A stretch of 9,660 nt of DNA from a virus. Taxonomy: Duplodnaviria > Heunggongvirae > Uroviricota > Caudoviricetes. How positions within the stretch are numbered: position 1 is the stretch's first letter; every line of letters starts with the position of its first letter. Position numbers and translations under genes: made by a program. The stretch is from the IMG/VR virus record IMGVR_UViG_2529292829_000015, one strand, 5' to 3'. Shown here piece after piece: positions 7,755 to 9,660 of the stretch. The notes under the pieces are model-generated. The model was given only the letters and a program-made list of their open reading frames with translations, ran no database searches and had not been told where the DNA came from.

Positions 7755-8879
7755 TTACTTCTGGTTATCATCACTGTTCATCCAGTACATGATGCCTAGC
7801 CTTGATATGGTTTTCTTATCTGATTCTGGAAGTGAGTTGTAAAACGAGCGCCAAGCAGAAGAGCGTCTTACAGTTGTATCAACGATGCTTTCTGGTGCTT
7901 GTTTTACTGCCAGCCTTGCTGCTTTCTGGAATTCTGGTGAGCTAATTAGCTTTTCTGCAGATTCAATTGATTCAGCGCCGCCCATCGCCCTGATTTTGCT
8001 GGCGACTTTTGCCCCAATTTCTGACCCAGCAACAGCACCTACTGCACTGAACGGTCCTGACACAGTTGAACCAACCGCAGTGCCAATGCGTTGGGCATGG
8101 TTAGCAACAAATTCATTTGCCGCAGTGACGCGATTAAACCGTTTGACGAACTCGTTTAGTCTTCCTGTAGTTATCTCGTAAGATTTTGCGTCTTTTATAG
8201 CCTTTGCGACCTTATATACATCGTTCAGACCTGACATAGTCTCTTTTGGTAAATGTCGGGCAAGATTGCGCATCTGCCCGTTTGCTAACATGTTTTGATA
8301 CCAGTCAGCAAACCCTGCAGGATTAAAATCAGCGCCACGTTTTCCGTTCGAAAGCATATCCCGAAGACCTGTTCCCAGTAGCTCGGTTCTTAGCTTCCTG
8401 GACGGCGTGTTTTGCATCAATTCACGAAATCCTTTGGCATCGCCTTTCGACATTGCCTGTAGTGCTGTAGTTGCTTTGCGAGAAACATCACCGTTCAGCG
8501 TTCTGCCAGTTAGATTAATCATTTGCTCTTCCATGCTTTTTCGCATCTGAACAAGCCTCTGAGCAACTTCAAAATCACGTAATGCGTTTGTCTCTGACAG
8601 CGCCGCCTTTTGATCATCGGCGAGCGAACCGTAAAGCCTCGATAAAGCAGCGCGATCAGCATCTTTATATGGTCCAGAATTCTTATGAAGTGCATCACCA
8701 ACAAGTCGTCGTTGCTTATTGAGATTTGCATAAGTTAATGCGCCGTTCTTGCCTGGATTAACTGCCCGAAATACTCTCTTTTCAATAGGGTCAAGGTTTT
8801 TCATCCCGCCAAGATCTTCTGCCACCTGTTTGAGCATTGACCTTGTTGATGGCGCATCAATTTTTGCACCTGCAGGCAT
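7755..8879 (-). CDS. Phage protein of uncertain identity; possibly an N-terminally truncated internal virion/DNA-ejection protein of a P22-like phage (position equivalent to gene 16/20)
   Basis: Long minus-strand ORF (six-frame track 7755-9047) encoding an Ala/Gly/Lys-rich, probably helical protein. It is convergent with mnt and oriented like the late genes relative to the tailspike. None of the candidate starts (9047, 8879, 8837, 8804) has a convincing RBS, and the 5' extension overlaps the divergent 114-aa gene. The start at 8879 is provisional and the product assignment is a positional inference. Confidence 0.45.
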   Translation of the reverse strand: MPAGAKIDAPSTRSMLKQVAEDLGGMKNLDPIEKRVFRAVNPGKNGALTYANLNKQRRLVGDALHKNSGPYKDADRAALSRLYGSLADDQKAALSETNALRDFEVAQRLVQMRKSMEEQMINLTGRTLNGDVSRKATTALQAMSKGDAKGFRELMQNTPSRKLRTELLGTGLRDMLSNGKRGADFNPAGFADWYQNMLANGQMRNLARHLPKETMSGLNDVYKVAKAIKDAKSYEITTGRLNEFVKRFNRVTAANEFVANHAQRIGTAVGSTVSGPFSAVGAVAGSEIGAKVASKIRAMGGAESIESAEKLISSPEFQKAARLAVKQAPESIVDTTVRRSSAWRSFYNSLPESDKKTISRLGIMYWMNSDDNQK

Positions 8880-8953
8880 AAAGGTGTTCGCGATAAAGGT
8901 GAATATCAGCAATGAATAACAATCCTCGCACTCGCGGGGATTTCTTTTATCTG

Positions 8954-8980
8954 AACTCGCTACGGCGAGTTTTGTTTTAT
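8954..8980 (+). other. Hairpin (AACTCGC-TACG-GCGAGTT) followed by a T-rich tract, immediately upstream of the 114-aa gene RBS; terminator-like or operator-like element
   Basis: 7-bp perfect stem at 8954-8960 / 8965-8971, then TTGTTTTAT. Sits in the divergent region between the minus-strand ORF and the 114-aa gene. Confidence 0.3.
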
Positions 8981-8991
8981 GGAGACAAGAA

Positions 8992-9336
8992 ATGTCAGAT
9001 TTGGCTATGAAGATTTTGAAATGGCAATCGACTGGCGATGTCGGCATCAGTAGCGCAACTCTTGCCTCAATCGCATGTGGACTGAAAAAGAATATCTATG
9101 GTCATCACTTCGGCGCTCCACATGATGCAGCCGATTTCCGGCGATGCGTTGCACTTGTTGAGCAGATTCCAGAAATCAGAGATTCATTCGACAAGGTTGC
9201 AAAGCGCGTTCCGGCATTCAAAGGAATCCTCAACGAATGGGATTCACTCGTTGCTCTGTTGAAGTCTGAAATGAAGACGTACGGGAACAAAGCACCAGAG
9301 ACTTACAGAAGAATCAGCGAGCTACGCAAGGACTAA
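8992..9336 (+). CDS. Hypothetical protein, 114 aa, no recognisable family
   Basis: ATG at 8992 preceded by GGAG with ~7-nt spacer, TAA at 9334-9336, followed by two consecutive terminator-like hairpins. Soluble-looking with no obvious motif. Confidence 0.6.
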   Translation: MSDLAMKILKWQSTGDVGISSATLASIACGLKKNIYGHHFGAPHDAADFRRCVALVEQIPEIRDSFDKVAKRVPAFKGILNEWDSLVALLKSEMKTYGNKAPETYRRISELRKD

Positions 9337-9339
9337 CCC

Positions 9340-9370
9340 GCCTCACACTCGATGAGGCATTTTCATTTAT
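9340..9370 (+). terminator. Rho-independent terminator candidate (GCCTCA-7 nt loop-TGAGGC, then ATTTTCATTTAT)
   Basis: 6-bp perfect stem at 9340-9345 / 9353-9358, 4 nt after the stop of the 114-aa gene, followed by a U-rich tract. Confidence 0.5.
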
Positions 9371-9392
9371 CAAGATATCCAGACCTACCATC

Positions 9393-9417
9393 GCCGCATC
9401 AATGCGGTTTTTTTATT
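9393..9417 (+). terminator. Second terminator-like hairpin (CCGCA-TCAA-TGCGG) followed by a T7 run
   Basis: 5-bp stem (6 with a G-U pair) at 9394-9398 / 9403-9407, then TTTTTTT ATT. Lies immediately upstream of the 16-bp tRNA-derived repeat. Confidence 0.4.
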
Positions 9418-9424
9418 ACCTGAT

Positions 9425-9440
9425 TTGCAGGTTCGATTCC
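9425..9440 (+). repeat. 16-bp direct repeat, copy 2 (TTGCAGGTTCGATTCC); candidate att-core remnant or recombination junction
   Basis: Exact copy of argW positions 46-61 (window 1054-1069). Not part of a foldable tRNA here, and the adjacent sequence does not continue into the tRNA 3' end. Confidence 0.8.
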
Positions 9441-9459
9441 CTATTCGGAGATAGCACTC

Positions 9460-9660
9460 ATGCAACACGAACTACAGCCTGATTCCCTGGTTGATTTGAA
9501 ATTCATCATGGCCGATACTGGCTTCGGTAAAACCTTCATCTATGACCGGATTAAGTCCGGCGACCTGCCAAAAGCCAAAGTTATCCACGGGCGAGCAAGA
9601 TGGTTATATCGTGACCATTGTGAATTCAAGAATAAGCTTTTAAGCCGCGTCAATGGGTAA
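9460..9660 (+). CDS. torI: AlpA/Xis-family winged-helix recombination directionality factor (TorI-like excisionase)
   Basis: 66-aa ORF, ATG 9460 with GGAG 9 nt upstream, TAA at 9658-9660 (the window ends at the stop). The pattern L...DTGFGKTFIYDRIKSGDLPKAKV...RARWLYRD fits AlpA-family HTH proteins. Size and argW/intS context fit KplE1 TorI; the gene symbol rests on context and recollection and is not verified. Confidence 0.7.
   Translation: MQHELQPDSLVDLKFIMADTGFGKTFIYDRIKSGDLPKAKVIHGRARWLYRDHCEFKNKLLSRVNG

Larger units (their letters stand above)
1054..9660. mobile_element. Defective prophage / integrated element at argW (CPS-53/KplE1-like backbone with a P22-like tailspike-immI module); right boundary probably beyond the window
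   Basis: tRNA-adjacent integrase, lysogenic-conversion gtr cassette, phage tailspike, Mnt repressor and AlpA-family excisionase-like gene are present, but no head, portal or terminase genes. AT-rich composition relative to yfdC. Confidence 0.75.

Noticed and set aside
7733-7769. 8-bp inverted repeat GATAACCA / TGGTTATC with 21-nt spacer at the mnt / minus-strand ORF convergence
   Set aside because: The right arm lies inside the 3' end of the minus-strand coding frame and the loop is long; it may be a convergent terminator but the support is weak, so it was not listed as a feature.
7589-8181. Plus-strand ORFs 7589-7792 and 7885-8181
   Set aside because: The first overlaps mnt out of frame and the second is antisense to the long minus-strand ORF; no RBS or features.
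8519-9290. Minus-strand ORFs 8519-8731 and 9105-9290
   Set aside because: The first is nested out of frame within the long minus-strand ORF; the second is antisense to the 114-aa gene. No support.
9421-9445. Second tRNA or tRNA pseudogene at the 16-bp repeat
   Set aside because: Only the 16-nt T-arm segment is present; the flanks cannot form an acceptor, anticodon or even complete T-stem, so it is a sequence repeat, not an RNA gene.
1-9660. CRISPR arrays, IS transposases, toxin-antitoxin pairs or recognisable defence-system genes
   Set aside because: No spaced direct repeats, no transposase-like ORF or terminal inverted repeats, and no small adjacent gene pairs with toxin-antitoxin features were seen; the only exact repeat is the 16-bp tRNA-derived one.

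Overview
This window reads as the left part of an E. coli/Shigella-type defective prophage inserted at the argW tRNA, in the CPS-53/KplE1 position. Order on the + strand: yfdC (FNT-family transporter, 1-933), tRNA-Arg(CCU) argW (1009-1083), an IntS-like tyrosine integrase transcribed away from the tRNA, then a translationally coupled gtrA-gtrB-gtrC O-antigen glucosylation cassette whose gtrC-type gene is strikingly AT-rich. Convergent with the cassette is a P22-like tailspike (minus strand) with a gp9-type head-binding N-terminus, a beta-helix body and a C-terminal S74-type autocleaving chaperone domain. Next come a P22 Mnt-like repressor with no arc/ant partners, a minus-strand ORF with no convincing start (possibly a truncated virion/ejection-protein gene), a 114-aa unknown protein, and a 66-aa AlpA/TorI-family excisionase-like gene ending at the window edge. 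No rRNA, CRISPR array or IS transposase was found. The most notable direct observation is an exact 16-bp copy of the argW T-arm segment (1054-1069) at 9425-9440, just after two terminator hairpins and just before the excisionase-like gene. All homology calls come from reading the translations and from recalled family sequences, not from database searches.
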